Assembly (NCBI GenBank): GCA_030141605.1
Contig: JAQGDQ010000040.1
Location: 248,001-312,000, forward strand
DNA from: Tubiluchus corallicola
Taxonomy: Eukaryota; Animalia; Priapulida
Direction of reading: 5' to 3'
Length of the DNA stretch: 64,000 bases
The notes beneath the pieces were generated by a model. The model was given only the letters and a program-made list of their open reading frames with translations, was not told the DNA's origin and ran no database searches. The first letter of the stretch is position 1. Every line of letters starts with the position of its first letter. The position numbers and the translations under genes were made by a program. Positions 47,378 to 63,199 of this stretch are shown one piece after another.

Positions 47378-50300
47378 GTCTGGTTCTTATTATAATGTGC
47401 CTGAAATTTAGCAGACTTGCAGAACAATTAATTATGACGATATTCAACCTACAGCAAGTCTTACATACCAAATAATTGCAACAAGAAAAAAAAACAATTT
47501 TTTCCTGAATCACCTCCTGAGCTAATGCATTTTATTTCACATGTGTTTGATTTTAAAGGACGAAAAATGAGCTCAAACAGATTTTAGTAGCTGTCTTGAA
47601 CTTCACTTTTTTACTTATCAATCCAAAACGTGCCAGATTTGCAGCACACTGCCTAACTAACGATTATTATACCCCGAGCCACTTTTTCACAAAAATCGAG
47701 TTTTTCTCTTGTTACTAAAACAAGACAATAAGAAATCAGCTTGTAATATGTTTATTGCTTATCCAGTTTAAAGAAGCTCCTCCCATCAGACGTATGTTAT
47801 AATTCATCAATAATAAATGGACTAATTATCCACACATGTATGCAAATAAAGTGTTAAGAGAAAATACTTAAACAAAAACATCCAACTGGAAATACCTTTG
47901 CTCTAATACAGACGTGTTTGGAGTAGGTGGTTGAAAATTACAGGATACTACAGGGAGAAAAGTGTAGCGCAAAACGCTAAAAAGTAAATGGTGAAAGGAA
48001 TATCCAAGTAATCACGGCTGTTCGTGACAAGTTAAGCAATGCCAATCCCAGTCAGTAAATGGATAGGTTTCATTGAAAGCATGCCACTCAGGATGTGTGC
48101 TATTATAAAGCATTAAAGACTTAATATACAGTAGGCCCTAGTATAAATTAAGTGATAAAGTAAAAGAATAAAACAGTGAAAAGTTTTTAAACTACTCGTA
48201 TAATGCGATTTTTTCTACAGAATCGTGTGAACAAACATTTTAAAGTAAAAGCCTAGTCACTCTTTATACATACAAAACAGTCTACATTTATTTGTGAAGA
48301 AAATAAACAAATAACTTTAAATCAGATCTCAGCGTTTACAATAACTACCCAAGTTAATTAATAAAACACCCGTAATTTGAACATTGGCGGTACTGTACCA
48401 ATAGATTTTGCACTCGGTAAACTTTGCTCGAGTAATGAAGTCTGACGTCGCAGCAGTAATTAGCGGCAAAAAGTAAGCACAATTCATCACAGTTTTACGT
48501 TATCGGCACAGAAATTTCATTCAATTCAACTAATTATTTACTAGCGCATATATTGGACTAAAAGTTTTAAACATATTAGTGTCCTTGGATATTAGATATT
48601 AAAATTTAATAAGATTTTAATCCTTGGATCCTTGGTTGCTGCTAGTACAAGAGTGATAGACATTTAAGTCTGTTAGTTGTCACGTTTATTAAATTTGCTA
48701 AATGTTTAAACGAAACGCTTACTAAAGCAAAGGATTCGGCTTATACATACCTAATTTTTAGAATTAATACCAGTTGTTTATTACTACTGAAAAGACAAAA
48801 AATCAGCAAAATTTACCTATCCCATACTACAATACTCAGATGTGTAAATCACTACTTTAGCATATTTTTGGCTGTTCTAAACTCCATAGCGAACAAATAA
48901 TGTGTGTAGATTATTTAGTACTTACACTGCGAAACACATGCGAAGCCATTTATGCAAATACTTCTCTACCCTGTGTCCACAGTCCAATGTACTGGCTGTT
49001 CATCACACTGGTCTACACACAGATTTAACAGAAGCAGAAAGGATAGCAAACTACTTTTGCCAAAAGGGAAGCAAAATGTGATTTCACTAACCAAATAATT
49101 TTTTATTAGTGTTTGTGCAAACTAAAAACGAAATTTTTCTGTTTAAAATAACTTGAAAAGTATAATTTTTCCAATTTTAAGAAGAAATCGTCATCAGTGC
49201 GCGGTGTAGCATTGCAGTTTAATTGAACCGTATACCATAGGAAGCTGACTTTGCTGCTAAAAATGTGCAGAATTTTCATGCGATTACTGTGAAAAAATTA
49301 TTTTGTTCTGTAAAATACCTGGAGAAATCGGGTATCTGGGTGGACCAGTCCCTCAGATCATTATCAGCAGCAGCGTCATCATGCGATGACATCAGCAATT
49401 AATAGTCGCACAATGAGAAAAATAAGTGTATCTTACTTAATTAGTTGATTATTATATTAGATATTGTTTCAGAACATGTTCCTTGAATTTTTGTGAAAAA
49501 ACAATGGCGAGGCTGGGCTTTTGCTTTAATTTTACTTTAAGGCGCGTTCTGGCAGTGGCGCGCTGGCGTTGCATTAGCGTAGGCACTGACAGTCACAGCG
49601 CTAGTCTATGATATTAAGAATAATGATGACTATCAGAATGAACTGCGAACGAAAATTTTGTCTTTGGTGATTTTCAGGCTTGAAGGTGACTTACGGAAAG
49701 CCGTGCCAAAGTTGCGAGCGCCGAGGTTTAGGAGCAGAAGTAAAGTAAGCTGTGGATAGGCATGCACATTCATCATTACTGGAGGAAAAATTAGCAGCAG
49801 AGCAAAATTTCGCAAGTTTGATTATTATTACACGGCACAAATGTTGAGTAAATATTGAGTAAACAAAATTCACTCATCAAAACATAAAAAACCAAGGTGA
49901 CATTAGAAGTGATAAACTGCGAAAAACAAGATAAAAACCAACTATAAGTGTTATGGCAAGAAGGATCTTCCCGGGGAAAGATCATTATAAAACTTAGTAG
50001 CCCAGAAGGGAAAGAAGCCATGGGTTCGTGAAAGAAGAATCATTCCTGGTTTTACGGTCGCATAGCTACAGCAACTCTGAAATGATGATAGCGAAGAAAA
50101 TGTTCTATTTCCGTCTGTTAGTATCTGTCGGCACTGGATTACAAAAAATCGTCTCTCCCACATTGCATTGGCAGAGGGCTAATTATACCAGGAGACGCTT
50201 TTGCGCTCGGAAAGGTCATAAGCTTCCTTTCCACGTTCCTCGGTACAGTTCGCTTGTGCATGTACAATCAACATGGTTTAACAGAATCCCAATCAGGGAA

Positions 50301-52789
50301 ATAATTCAAATCAGTCTGCCGTCGGTGTCACAAACAGCAAATTCCATCCAGCAAATGGGCAATTATCGTAAACAGTTGATAAGTCCCAGACAACGAAAAA
50401 ATCAGTTTAAGATGCGTTTTATGCTATTATTGTAAAATAATGTGGTGTCCTACGAGTTTACGACAATGATATTAAATGTCCAGACATACATAATTTTGGG
50501 ATAAAAATACTTGAAAATGACTGGAATTATTAAGCAGCATGATGTCCGCATCACTGGTATAACACTATGAAACTACAACATGAAAAAAATGTTAAACATT
50601 TTAGTATGTTCCCTGCAACGTTTCTGCAAAATCTATGTGGTTTACGACATAGTTTACAATTAAATGCAAACGCTGCTAATGTAATTATGGACAATCTTTA
50701 AAGGTCTATAAACACTGCTTTTTGTGCTAGACCTTCTCAAATTACAACTTTTGCATTATATCACAGTTTTTCTTTTTACGACAAAAATATTCAAATAAAC
50801 TAAAAAAATTAAAAAAATTATTGCAAATTATAATCTATACTACACCTGATAACTTTAGAATTTTGATTTAAACTATTTACTAAGCTCACAATTTTAACTT
50901 TTTAAGTCAACAGTTGTTAATCAACGATGCGCTGACACTGAATCGTGTTGATAATGATGAAATTTAATCGCCATTTTCTTTATTTCCAAATTAAGTATTG
51001 ATAATCTCGTCATAAATTTACAGAAATCAACCACACTTAATTACATACTCGTACTAAAAATTTACACCGCTGAGGGCAAATGCGTCTAACCCACATGGTG
51101 CAATAATTAAAGACAGATACTATAGTTCGAAATCAGGCAATCCGACTGCTGACATCCGATTGAATTTGATCCGAAATACTTGACCATCAGAATTTTCATG
51201 AAATTAAAACCCTCATAAGAGCAATTTATAATGAAATTATAGCTTGAAAACTGAATTTATTAAAGGTATGAACATGCAGCTCTCTTGAACACAAACGTCT
51301 AGTTGTCTAATCTCCAAAAAAGAAGGTAAAGAGGTTTAAATGGTTGAAAGGGCTCTTCTAGCAGGCTTTTGCCCTTATACATGGTTACCACAACAGGTAA
51401 CAGATACCAATTCTATATTTTCGATTTTACAAGGGCTTAAGACTGTAGGAAATTGATTTCGCCGCTTATATATTCAACGTGGAACTAAATGTCTGACGAA
51501 TTCTGCGTTTTACGTTCAACTTTTGAGGTCACTAAACTAAATTCTAGACCAGAAAATTTTATATTCGAAAGAACTTATGCTGGAGTAGATCTACTGCTTC
51601 GCCTAATTTCGAGCAGACGACGGGCACGCGTCATAGCGAAGTTAGTCAACCTGTAACCTTGAAAGGAAACTGAGAAACTTTTGAGTCTACCACCGATAAG
51701 AAGATTTTACAACTAACAGAGTGACTGGACTAGCCCAGAATCACTTACAGGCTAAGTCCTAGCGCTTGCCAAGAGGTGGTTCTGCCTTCTTTCATTCTCA
51801 AAATAAGTTCCTGCGTAACCTTGAATACGATTAGCTACTCAATGTCAGAGCTATGTATAGAGAGTTATGTATACACCGGAGTCCGGGCATCAATCAAGCA
51901 ATGCAAACAAGCTGAGCCAATATACCTGCTGTCCAGTTAAAGCAATAATTATAGGTTAAAGGTTTACCAGCTATTAAATTAAATTTACTGTTTTTCACAG
52001 TAAGACCCCAGGATGACTAGGCACCAGAGAACTTAACTGTTGAATAGTTCCAGCACATGTCGTACAAGATAGCGTCATTGCGATACGTATCAAGATGAAA
52101 TTGTCGAGTACAAAGATTTTTTCGAAGTGGTAAGTACTGCTGCTATGTCACGTTTACAAAAAATTGTCCAATATGTATTATGCTTATGCTTACGTCTGCA
52201 AATCGTAATGGTAAAAGCATTTAGACTCTGGCATCAAATAAAACTGTAGCGCGAACATAGTCTATTTGTAGCACTTTCAGTTCGTGAAGGTCATCTAAGG
52301 TCAACTTAAGTAAATAACCACATTTTTAAAGCAAATGCTATTACTATAATTATGGCTCATACAGTTGAATATACCGGAGTGACGAGCAGAGCACAAATAT
52401 CAAGCAAAAGAGCAAAAACGAAATGAACGACAGTGACCAGTTTAACAACATCAACAAACTATGCACGGAATACACTATTTTCAACCCTTCAGAAGTTGCA
52501 ATCTTGTTTTGATAATAGGCTTAGGACTGACCTTGAACTTCAAGTATCTGGCGAATGAAATTCTGCAAACTGATTGCACTGCAATAATGCAAACGGAAAT
52601 TTTTTGAATCTATGACTTGAAACGGAATCTATGACTTGACCGACATCAAATTTGTGTAGCAATATCTCCCATTTTTAATTGCCAGGACTAAAACAAACGT
52701 TCACTTGTTATACCGCCCTCCATTTCGAGAAAAATTATACAGGCCAATCGTTGCCGAGTTTACTAATGTCCTCACTGAGTTTGCTAAAA

Positions 52790-53105
52790 TAAAGGGAACA
52801 AAATTTAAACGAGTTAAAACTTGGCCCATTCACCTTGCACTACAATAATTCTGCGTTTGGGTCACTGACTCAGTGCTACCTTGAAAAATTTTGATGTCAC
52901 TGCCAATTTACAAAGCTTAGCTTTCAACCTTCAGAAAAACTACACACCCCTATTGTTGTTTGGTACGCCCCAGTGAATTTTAAACAGATCTGTCCACCCT
53001 GGAACAAAATTAAAACGAGTTAATTCGTGTCAGCGGCGCTGGTCATAGGTGCAATAATCCTAGGCTTGGGTCATTGATTCATGCAACTTAACCTTGAAAA
53101 ATTCA
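52790..53105. repeat. Diverged ~205-bp tandem repeat (about 1.5 copies)
   Basis: ggaacaaaatt(t/a)aaacgagttaa at ~52795 and ~53001; ttgggtca.tga.tca...accttgaaaa at ~52857 and ~53066. Confidence 0.7.
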
Positions 53106-53165
53106 ACACATTTACTTTCTGGGCCTTGGGGCAAAAATAAGAGAAAAATAAGTTAAACTAACAGT

Positions 53166-53169
<4 letters not shown>

Positions 53170-53201
<32 letters not shown>
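53170..53201. repeat. (AT)n microsatellite
   Basis: About 16 AT units. Confidence 0.95.
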
Positions 53202-53204
<3 letters not shown>

Positions 53205-56200
53205 CTTTTTTGCTGTTGAACTATTCACGAGATTCGTGTCATAGCGGTCAAGTAGAATTAACAGAAGTGGCGTGTGTTAATACGAAATTCAAAAAACCTT
53301 ATGAAAGTTTGAGTTTTTATCACGCAAGTTTAAAAGTTTAAAACTGTAAGTATACGTTTCAGCGAACGCAAGTTCAGTGCTGTAAACCCAGCACCCACAA
53401 ACATCTAGCAGTGTCCGTAACGTCAGGACTTCCACCCGAAGAACTTCAAATTTTCGCGTTTGTTCAGGTAGTGTCAAGACTTGACACGTGATCACAGAAA
53501 ATCGATCCACCTTTCTAGCCGCTGTGTGACCACCGGTCAGTGAACTTATTTACCAAACAGGAACGATGCAAAACAAATGTAGCGCCATTTGCGGTTGTCT
53601 GCGTAAATTTAGTAAATTTAAACTGTGGGCTTGACGGTTTCCCTTGAAAAGAACGACATTAACTGAAGCGAGAAAAGCCTACAGAATAGGACCCCACAAA
53701 ATAAACATTGTTGTGCTTGCAGAAAGAGTGAAAACAGAAACACAATATACTCTGCTGACTTGAATATTGTAAAAAAATAGTAAAAACGTCTTGCCTGTTG
53801 TAGCTGTACTCACAACTTCGACATTTGCAGACAACTTGGCAAAAAAGAGTTATAATTTATAATTATAGTAAAAGCTACTTTATACTTGATCAAGCATTTT
53901 AAAGTGTGAATGAAACGCGGGGGTCGGAAGAAATTAATTCATTCACGTGTTCAAACAATGTACACACATAGACGTCAGGTTATAATGGAGAAACGAATAA
54001 GCTTAAAGTAAGCATGATAACAGTCTAGGTATATTTTTAGTTTTAAAGGCCTACATAATCAACATTTTATAAATAAATAATGGACACATGGTCACATAAT
54101 TTAAAAATTCTGCAGAAGGCAAACATATGCATTCATTTCACAAAAATTTCCAATCTGTGTAAGCTGTTTAAAGTGCCTTTATTATTCAGTATTTCATTAA
54201 TTACATTGGAATACAAAATTTATCCATCTGAGCGTTGCGAGACACAAAAAAATAAAGCTTCGTATTAGCGGTAGTTAGGAAAGTAGTTTTATCTTGCCTA
54301 TAGCGGCCCACTTTAACTATCCAAACGATCCAATCTGACTACATACACATCAGATTACGTAATCTTAATGATTTCGCTTCGACGCGCAATGAATGCATGA
54401 ATGCGTGCTCTATGCCCAGGCTCCAAGAATAGCCCAATCGGTCAAGTGAGGACAAATGAATGTCTGCATTAGCAGAGTCGCTTCCAGTTCAAGATGGGGA
54501 GCTACAGACACAACTTGGCTTCATTTGCCTAGGCATATTTATTAATAAGCAGGAAATAAGCTTCATTATACACGTAAAGGTAATTTTGAGACAAGAAAAA
54601 TGATAGATTGTCTGAGAACAATAATTATATAGATTACCTGAGGTGTTGAATTGTTGAATTGCTACTGCTCTGAGTGAAGTTGTGAGATAATGACTGGTCC
54701 TAACCAATGATGATGTTAAGGCTCACTGGTCAGACTAATTTGACGACTTAAATTTGTAATTCCGACAAAAATAATTTGTATTTCTATAAAGACTTGGTCC
54801 TGGACCGTTTACTAAGGCAAAAGGTATTGATGAATTATCACGCTTGCCGCTGGAGGAAGGTCAACAAAGTAATCAATTCAGTGTGTGAATGTCCGTGAAA
54901 GCCAAATCAATGAAATTTGATAGGAAAGCCAAGTATGGTATATCCATGATTAGATTTTGGGCCAGAAATCGTTGATGCAAAAATGACCTCTCTAACGGTC
55001 AAACGTTACTGTTACTAAAGATAATGCACATCTTTAAAATGGTACAAAACAGACATGGTTTGTATTGAGTGTACTTAGGAAAACACCATTGTTGGGCTTT
55101 TCATAGGCAACGTGACTAATGTTACATTGGATCATGGTATATGAAATTTCAAGGTCAATCTCTCATAAATTTCTTAGATCAAGTATAACTTGAAAATAGT
55201 GCAACATAAACACATTATTTGTACTTACAAAATATAGAGAACGCATGGGCTTTCTATTGTGCTAACATGCAAACTTGGTCAATTTTTAAAATAAAATCTG
55301 ACTAACTCACAAATGGTCCTGCCATAATGTGAACTGTACACAGTGCTGGGAAATTTTCATCTACCCAAACAAGATAACTAAACAAAGCATCTATTTTAGT
55401 GAGAGGCTTAAAAACATTTTTTATTGCAATCATATGCAGCAGGGGTAACCACGTACCTCATTGTTCCCTCTAGTTTCATGTAGTTCTTATGTAGCCAAGG
55501 AACCGCACAAATGTAGTTCAAAAGTCAAATTCTTAATACCAAGAACAATAACATGGTTGATACAGGTAATATCACACTATAAAAAATGTTTATTTAAAGC
55601 AACGTTTAATTGTAGCTATCATCGGGCTGTTAAAACATACCAGTACCTAGCTGAAACTTTACGTTTAATAAAAAATGTTCGTTTTTGTTAATTTTCACAC
55701 AGTTGATCAATTTAATCACAATAAACACATTAAAATCATTAAAAACAATTGCTTTAACTTTTAAATTGCGCCTACTCCAGTAGGCCTACCAGTACTTTTA
55801 AAGTAATTGTTTTAGCAAAGTTATTAAGGTACAAAATTTAATACCTGTCTTGCAAAAATCTGATACTGGCCTTGCTTTACTCGTTAATTTCGACGGATTT
55901 TGGCTAAGACAAACGTGCAATGTCTACGAGGCTGAAGTTCGGTTCAACGCAGCAAAACAAAAAAGTCACCATGAAATGGTTTAATAACCATCAAAGAAGA
56001 CGAAAAGCCGAAATTAATATAGCAGCTGTATCGAGGTATTCTGATAACGAATCAGCTCAAAAAAGCAGACAAAATAAATTATCACTATCCGTTTATCCCG
56101 CGTGCTGAACGAATGCTTCAGCTGCTCAACAGCTTTCCCTGGCGCTACAGCAGGATTGTGCGATGACGTCACATCAGGTGGATGGTGACGTTTATTGACA

Positions 56201-59200
56201 GAAGAGGACGCTAGCGTTTAATGAGTGACTGGACCCTCGAGAAAATTATGTCGAGAAGCCAAAAGAACAAGAATAATGCCTACGTGCTCTGATCACTTGC
56301 TTTCAACAGAAGCCATGGCATTTATCATGAAATAAATACGCGTAGTAAACGAACTCACCTCTGTACGTTATTTTTTGTCACAACACCAGTAAAATTATAC
56401 TTTTTGTTATTTAAATTTGACTTTCAGTAACGTTTTTATATTTTATTAAAAGACTAGGACTAGGACTCATCAATTTAATGTAAGCTTGAAAATTGCGTAA
56501 TGGTTTTTAGTGATAGAAGCCTTATTAAAAATCAGCATTAATTTTTCGGCTTCAGTAAAACTCGCCCCTATTTTAAAAATGAATATCAAATTTAGGTATG
56601 TTAGTACCTCGCTAAAAGCCAAAGCAGGATTTAGTGAATTAACCTTTTGCACATCAAAATTATAGTAACTTTAACAAAACTTGCAATTTTTTCATATTTT
56701 AGCACTACTGAGCCAAAGTGACTTTATTTTTCCGGTACTAGAGAACCAAAACCAGCGTAAAGTTTTTTCAGGTTCTGAAAGCTAAAATTATCAGCTGTAA
56801 TTTTAAAAACTTAGAATTAGATTAATTAGAGTTCACCTTGAGGTGTAATTTTATTTTACTTTTGATGCAGCACTTTACTAGCTATAGTCAGGGTTTTTGC
56901 TTCTCGATCATCTTAGTAGGGGTTCTTATGCTTATAGCTGCATTCCAGACCACTTGGGTTTAATTACAAGACTTATTTTCTATAAAAACACGTATATTTT
57001 CCGTCTTCAAAACAAGCAGTGATTTCGGTAACGTTTTGAAAATCAACTTTTTTTCTGTTTGTCTTGACATCGCGTATTTACTCGATAATTTTAAAGTTGT
57101 TCATGAAAAAGTAAAGACATTAAATGTTGCAACATCTAACCAAAGCAAGTGATTTTACACAGGGCAGGATTGTGCAAAATTCCTGCACAAGAGCAATTAT
57201 AGCTACCAATAAATTAACAGTAGGATGACACATCGTATTTCCGGCATTGGTATATATGTAAAAATGGTAACTAAATGAACAGCAAAGTTGCATAAACGTG
57301 TAAATGAATTTCACGATAATGGTATTTTGACAGGATTAGCTCTGTTAGACCAGTGCACTAGTATTACTACTTTGGGTAAGAACAGATTATTTATTAGTAG
57401 TCAGAATGCTATGTCAAAATATGAATATTCCGAACAGGATCAGATCTGTAAGGAACTATTTTGGGCAAGTCAGTATGTAATATTGAACATGTACCTGGCT
57501 TCCTCAAACAATGATGTCATGTGTTTACTAAATTCGCTGTTAATTAACCAACTGACTAAATTAACGTACATCAGCAACAAACTTTTATTTTTATTAACGT
57601 CGTAAATAGCCACTAAATACCATGTGTTTATTTGGTAGTATTGCACTTGCAATTATGAAAATGCGAATAAATGATACATACAATAACAATACCTGTACTG
57701 ATTACAAGCACATATGGTCACTCGTCAGCATATTCTACCTACAGAGAAAAATCCTCATTAAAACTCTACTGGCTAACGTGCATGGTCGCCATTACAAATA
57801 TCTGTGTTGCGTGAAAGAAAAACGAAGCTTGGTATATCTTCTTTCCCGAAAAACAATGTTGAAGTTGAATGATTTATATTAAGTAAGTGATTTTATTAAT
57901 TGTTGGCACAGCAACTTTGAAAAATTAAAAGCCAAAAATTAATGCATCCAAATCTGCGGAAAATACGAAAATCAACCCTAGGAATATAATTTTTAGCAAA
58001 ACTAACTTTATGTTGTAAATAAACACATAAAAATTTCACTTTTTAAGTTTTTCGTTATAAACGTTTTACTTATAATAGCAAAACAGGGAGGCAAATAATT
58101 GCTGCACCACAAACAATAATTTCTAATTACAACTAATTATAAGTAGGATTAGTGAGTGATGCATAATAGCTGCATAAAATTACACAGAACCATTTAGCGC
58201 ACATGATATTTTCTTACGTCGATTTCCCAATATGTAGCACATATGCTTTATGCATGCATATATACAAGAATGATTAAAGTGGGTTAGTTTTTCTTCTCGT
58301 GCAAGATGTTGTCTGTGGCTTCGCAACTATAAAACGTTATCGTCTGTTCGGTTTTAAGTTACACTATCCGAAATGTCAGAAGTCGGGCGGATGCTGTCTG
58401 AGAACGTAAATAACTCGTGACAAGCAAAATATTTACTTGTTTACGGTTATTATTATTTGCGAGCTTTCGCTACTATTTTACCGTGGTAAGAAACAATAAG
58501 TAAGTTTTCCATGTTGTTGCAAACAATTTCTTAAGTTGTTAGGTGCGCATCTTTTTTACATGAGTCTCCTGGAGACTAGGCAGATGTACATCCCCTAACT
58601 GTAAAGTTAGAAATGATGAGGCATTCTACATTACCTTTACACAAACAGAAACAAATGCTTATAACAATGTCCTCCGACTGTCGGAACTGCGTAGCGTCCC
58701 TCTGCGTTCTAGTTTTGTTATTGCTCTGCTTACAAAACAGCCTTTCAAAGTTTGATGTAAAGTTTGCCGTTTGCTTATAGTTTAAGCGTAAAGTGAACAC
58801 ATTTTTTAAAATATTTCTTTCCGGTTTGGCTATTTGGCGTAATTAACATGAACCGTCTCCCAGGTGTTTAAGATTTCAGGTTGTTCGTAATAATAAATTC
58901 AAACTAAGTACATGTACCGAATTATCGTAAGTCATTTTACAGTTTCCATTGTGTTTCATTTGCCAAATCCAGTTACTAAAGTCGGCTAAGTGCCCACATG
59001 ATCTTTTCATTTCAGAATGATGAAGCAACGTGAAATACAGTATTTGCCCTTGAACACAGTATGAGGCACACGAGTCAAAACAACATTTAACAAACGACGT
59101 CTTTGGTGAGTTTTCTTAAATGCTAAAATTCAAAGCCTAATGCTAATAGCCATCGTTCTAATTTTGTGGTAGAACTGATCTGCGTGCTGAGTATTATAAA

Positions 59201-62200
59201 AACTTATTGCTGTCGTCAAATCAAGAAGATAGGACTCGAAACTGAGTTTGTTTTTCTGAACGTATGTCTTGAGTCTTAATTTCCTAGCGTGGTTTCCTTA
59301 CAATTGATTAGTTTTCTACAAAATTCTTATATAAGCCTACTATAACATACAAACTTTATATACTAATTTTGCCAAACTTGAGGATGGGAAATTAAAGCTG
59401 CTTTTCTCATAGTTTTTACAAGCAAGTGTTAGCAAATGAAATTCTACTTTTGTTAGTGCAGCGATGTATTCTTTGTAAGAACGTCGTTACTCAAAATTGT
59501 GTGCTCCACAAAAGTCACAGCCGGAGAAATTAAAAGCCCCTGCGAAAATCCTGCTAGTTACCGAATTGCCTGTAACTTGCTGGATTTCCTTTTGGATCGA
59601 TGCACAAGGTCAAAAAATACGATTCAGCAGCATGGCTTCGTGTGAAACCATTGAGCATTTACAGAACTAGCTGAAGTTGAATCTGTACGTGATGTCTATA
59701 GCAGGTCAGTTACTGCATCCGGGGCAATGCTGGAAAATGAGCTAATTTCGTCCCCAAGTATGGCTTCTTCCTGTTGACAGCCGCTGAAGCCTTGTACGCT
59801 ATTCGCGGCGCATGCGCAGACATAGCACTGCTAAACCTCGTTCCCTGTGGTACACAAATGTTAGTTGAAACAGGCAACTAAACAAAATAGTTGCTTTCTG
59901 GTTGTTTGGTAAGAAGCAAATCAATGCGAATACAGCGCCGCCAATTGGGCATCTTGCGAAGTTGAAGGGGAAGCATTAATGTCTGACGTCCTTTGGTTGA
60001 AGTTCAAATAAAATTTAAGGTTTGTGTTTACATGCTTATCTTCGTAGAATTTTTTTATGTAAGTTAATAATAAAAAAAGCTTTACGCATCAGGGTAAAGG
60101 TTTTACAGAAATTTCTATTCATAAAACTTATATCCAGTTGCAAAGCAAAGTTTTATACGATGTTTCGAGCAAACGGTCTAGCTATCAGTACGAAAAAGAG
60201 CTTTCATTAATAATGCTATATTAACGTTCTCTTTCTTGTGGTAGCAGCTTCGAATACGATACCTGAATAAGCTGATAAGACAAACTGTCGTGTAAAACTT
60301 CGTGTATTGCTTTTGATAAAATGAAGTTTTTTTAATTGAACATTTTATAATTGTTGAAATTGTTACACTATTTTCAGATTTTTTTCTTTGCTGTTGCTTT
60401 TTAAAACAGTTTGCCAAAACTTTTTAAAATGATTTTTCCATCACTTTTGCCTAGAAATACTACACTGTATTGTTTCTAGAACACAAAGCTATTTTTTAAT
60501 AATATGATAGTAATAATAACTATAGACATGGCAAATGTAATGAGTTATTATGAGTGAGATTTACCACACGTACATGTATAGGATGCAAATTTGACACATT
60601 TTGTTATAATAGTGTTTCAGATTTTTAATGCCTCAAGAATTAGAATTTAAAATTTGGTTTCTTGTTTTATTTTTACTTTTATTGTATTTGCTTATATTGT
60701 ATTGCTGAATTTGTATCTATGTACAATTAAATTTGTAGCCTAAGTTACAGTGTTCATTACTACTATATACTGCATGATCAGAATATAAATGCACAAACAC
60801 AAATACAAAAGCCAGCTACAAATTGTGATAGTTTATTTGAATTTATAAGCTTTTGTGATATTTACTACAGAATCAAGCCAGCTTAGGAGCACACAGAATT
60901 AATTATTAACTGTTCACATGAATCGTGCAAATATCAATGAGCCATGCTCCTTAGTTAAGGCGATTTTCAAGGTTGTATATCAATAAATAACTGTAGTCTA
61001 AATTTAAAAGCGCTTTTAATGAACGAGAAAACTGAGACAATATCAAAATCAAAGCAGATACATATTTTTCATGTTTATGAAATTTTTGTTGCCCTATTAT
61101 GCAAGATATAAAAGCATAAATAGGTAAACGGATAATGATAAGATTTTTGTTTGCTAGAGGAAATTACACTGCCAGCCTGAATTTTGCAGAGGCAGTTCTT
61201 GTGATGATTTGCTGATAAGGTGGATTATCCACGCGACAACTAATTTAATTCCATTAAATCTGAAGCAGTACAAGTCTTGGCAAGAGAAAGATGGCGTTCA
61301 GTATGAATAAGCATATTAACCGTCGTCGCTTTTTACTTGATTAAAGTAAAGAATGTTAATAGATTTCGTTGAGCAATATGCAAACCGTTGTATGCGGTGT
61401 TTGTTATATTTCAGCAATTGGCTTTAAGGTTTCCACAGACTTGCAACAGTTATGAGTGGAAAATAGAGCAAATCTTTTTGTTCCCAGAAGCCACAAAATG
61501 CAAGGATCATTATATACTGCAATTAAAATTTGCAAGCTTAAGACCTGTAAAATAAACGTATAACTTGCTTTGTTACCCGATTTTTTTATTTTTTTATACT
61601 TTTACAAATTTCAGTGGGCCTAGTGGCCTACATATATAGTCGTATCGTATTTACGCATCGAAAATTTACGTCACGTATTTGTCAAAGTTAACAGTATGTG
61701 CGTTACATAGTTTGACTTTTGTGGTTCGTCTGATATTAACTAATTTTCAGTAGACGTTGGTGGTAATTAGACAACTGTAAAATACTTCAGTCAAGCTGAT
61801 ACGAACAAGGTGTGTGACTGTTTTCCTAGAAGTTTTCAAATGTTAATAGTTTTCACCAGGGCGTCTTCAATGCAGGCGATTATTTATGGCGTACTTCGGG
61901 TTTATGACAATCAGTTAGTTTATAGAGATCAATAAATTGCGTATGCGTGCATTATGTAAGCAGGTTCGGCGCAGTCAATGTATACTTTCATGAGAACCTG
62001 AAAATTAAATGTTAATAATTGTCCCAACGGGCAATTCTAGATTTAATAATTAAAAATTTAGTAGAAATGCATGCCTCTACGTACTGAAAGAGTTAGTGAG
62101 CACAGGTGCTGTATATCATTATTTTTAAGCTCACTTTTGTTTGTGTGTTTACGGTTTCTGATCAGAGGGCGGGAAGAAAACATCGCTCTGGTGAACAAGG

Positions 62201-62638
62201 CTTTACAAATGTTTTTTTTCACCGCGCTTGTCATAACATACACGCAACTGGTAGTTATCGTGAGCGGATGTTCACTTTTCTGATTTTACTTTATTACTGA
62301 TATTCGCGAGACAAGTTTATAGCAGCATTGCGTCATTAATCAGAGGCCAGATTCATCACACGTCACAGAGAAAGTTATTCGTTGATTCCCCGAAGCCAAA
62401 CAAATTAGATACATGTATCTAACTCTTCTATTATGGTATTACCACAAATAATTATCAAAATGTACTTGGTTGAAAAATTAAGTTTTATTCACTTGCGTCT
62501 GGTGAGCAACCTGATCAAGCTATAGTAGCTCATAATACTAAATGACGAAAACGTTGTCCTTGTAATTATATATCATTGCAAATTATATAAGGTAATCAGA
62601 AATATGTATAATATGTATGACTAGCATCTAAATAGAGC

Positions 62639-62836
<198 letters not shown>

Positions 62837-63199
62837 GAGACAGCTGTTTCCACCAGAGCCTGAACATTGTGGTAAATTCATATTTATCTTGAATTGTTAT
62901 AATAAATAACGTTTGTTTTCACTAATGCTGGTGTCTGTTATGAAGTGACAAATTCCTCATACACTTTTTGTACTGTTACCATCAATTATTTTACTTACTG
63001 CATGCCAGTTTTTGTGATAAATTTGATGGACTACATAGCATTTCAATGAATTACTACTACTATCCTGCCTCAATAGGTACTAGCAACTAGAAAGGTAATA
63101 AAAGCAATTATGGTATAAATGTGCTATTATCGCTAAGCAAAGTATGCTACGAGTCATCAAAAACCAATTTTTAAAAAGCTGTAACTCCGACAAAAGATA

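Noticed and set aside
47139-47513. 124-aa ORF with a poly-Gly stretch
   Set aside because: Alternative frame over GLUT exon 1; it crosses the acceptor and is out of phase with exon 2
49630-50435. Cluster of 60-135-aa ORFs, possible decayed transposase
   Set aside because: Only a weak HTH-like string (IIQISLPSVSQ); no recognisable catalytic motif, splice structure or termini
53625-53700. Possible hammerhead ribozyme
   Set aside because: The CUGANGA core and three consistent stems are not present
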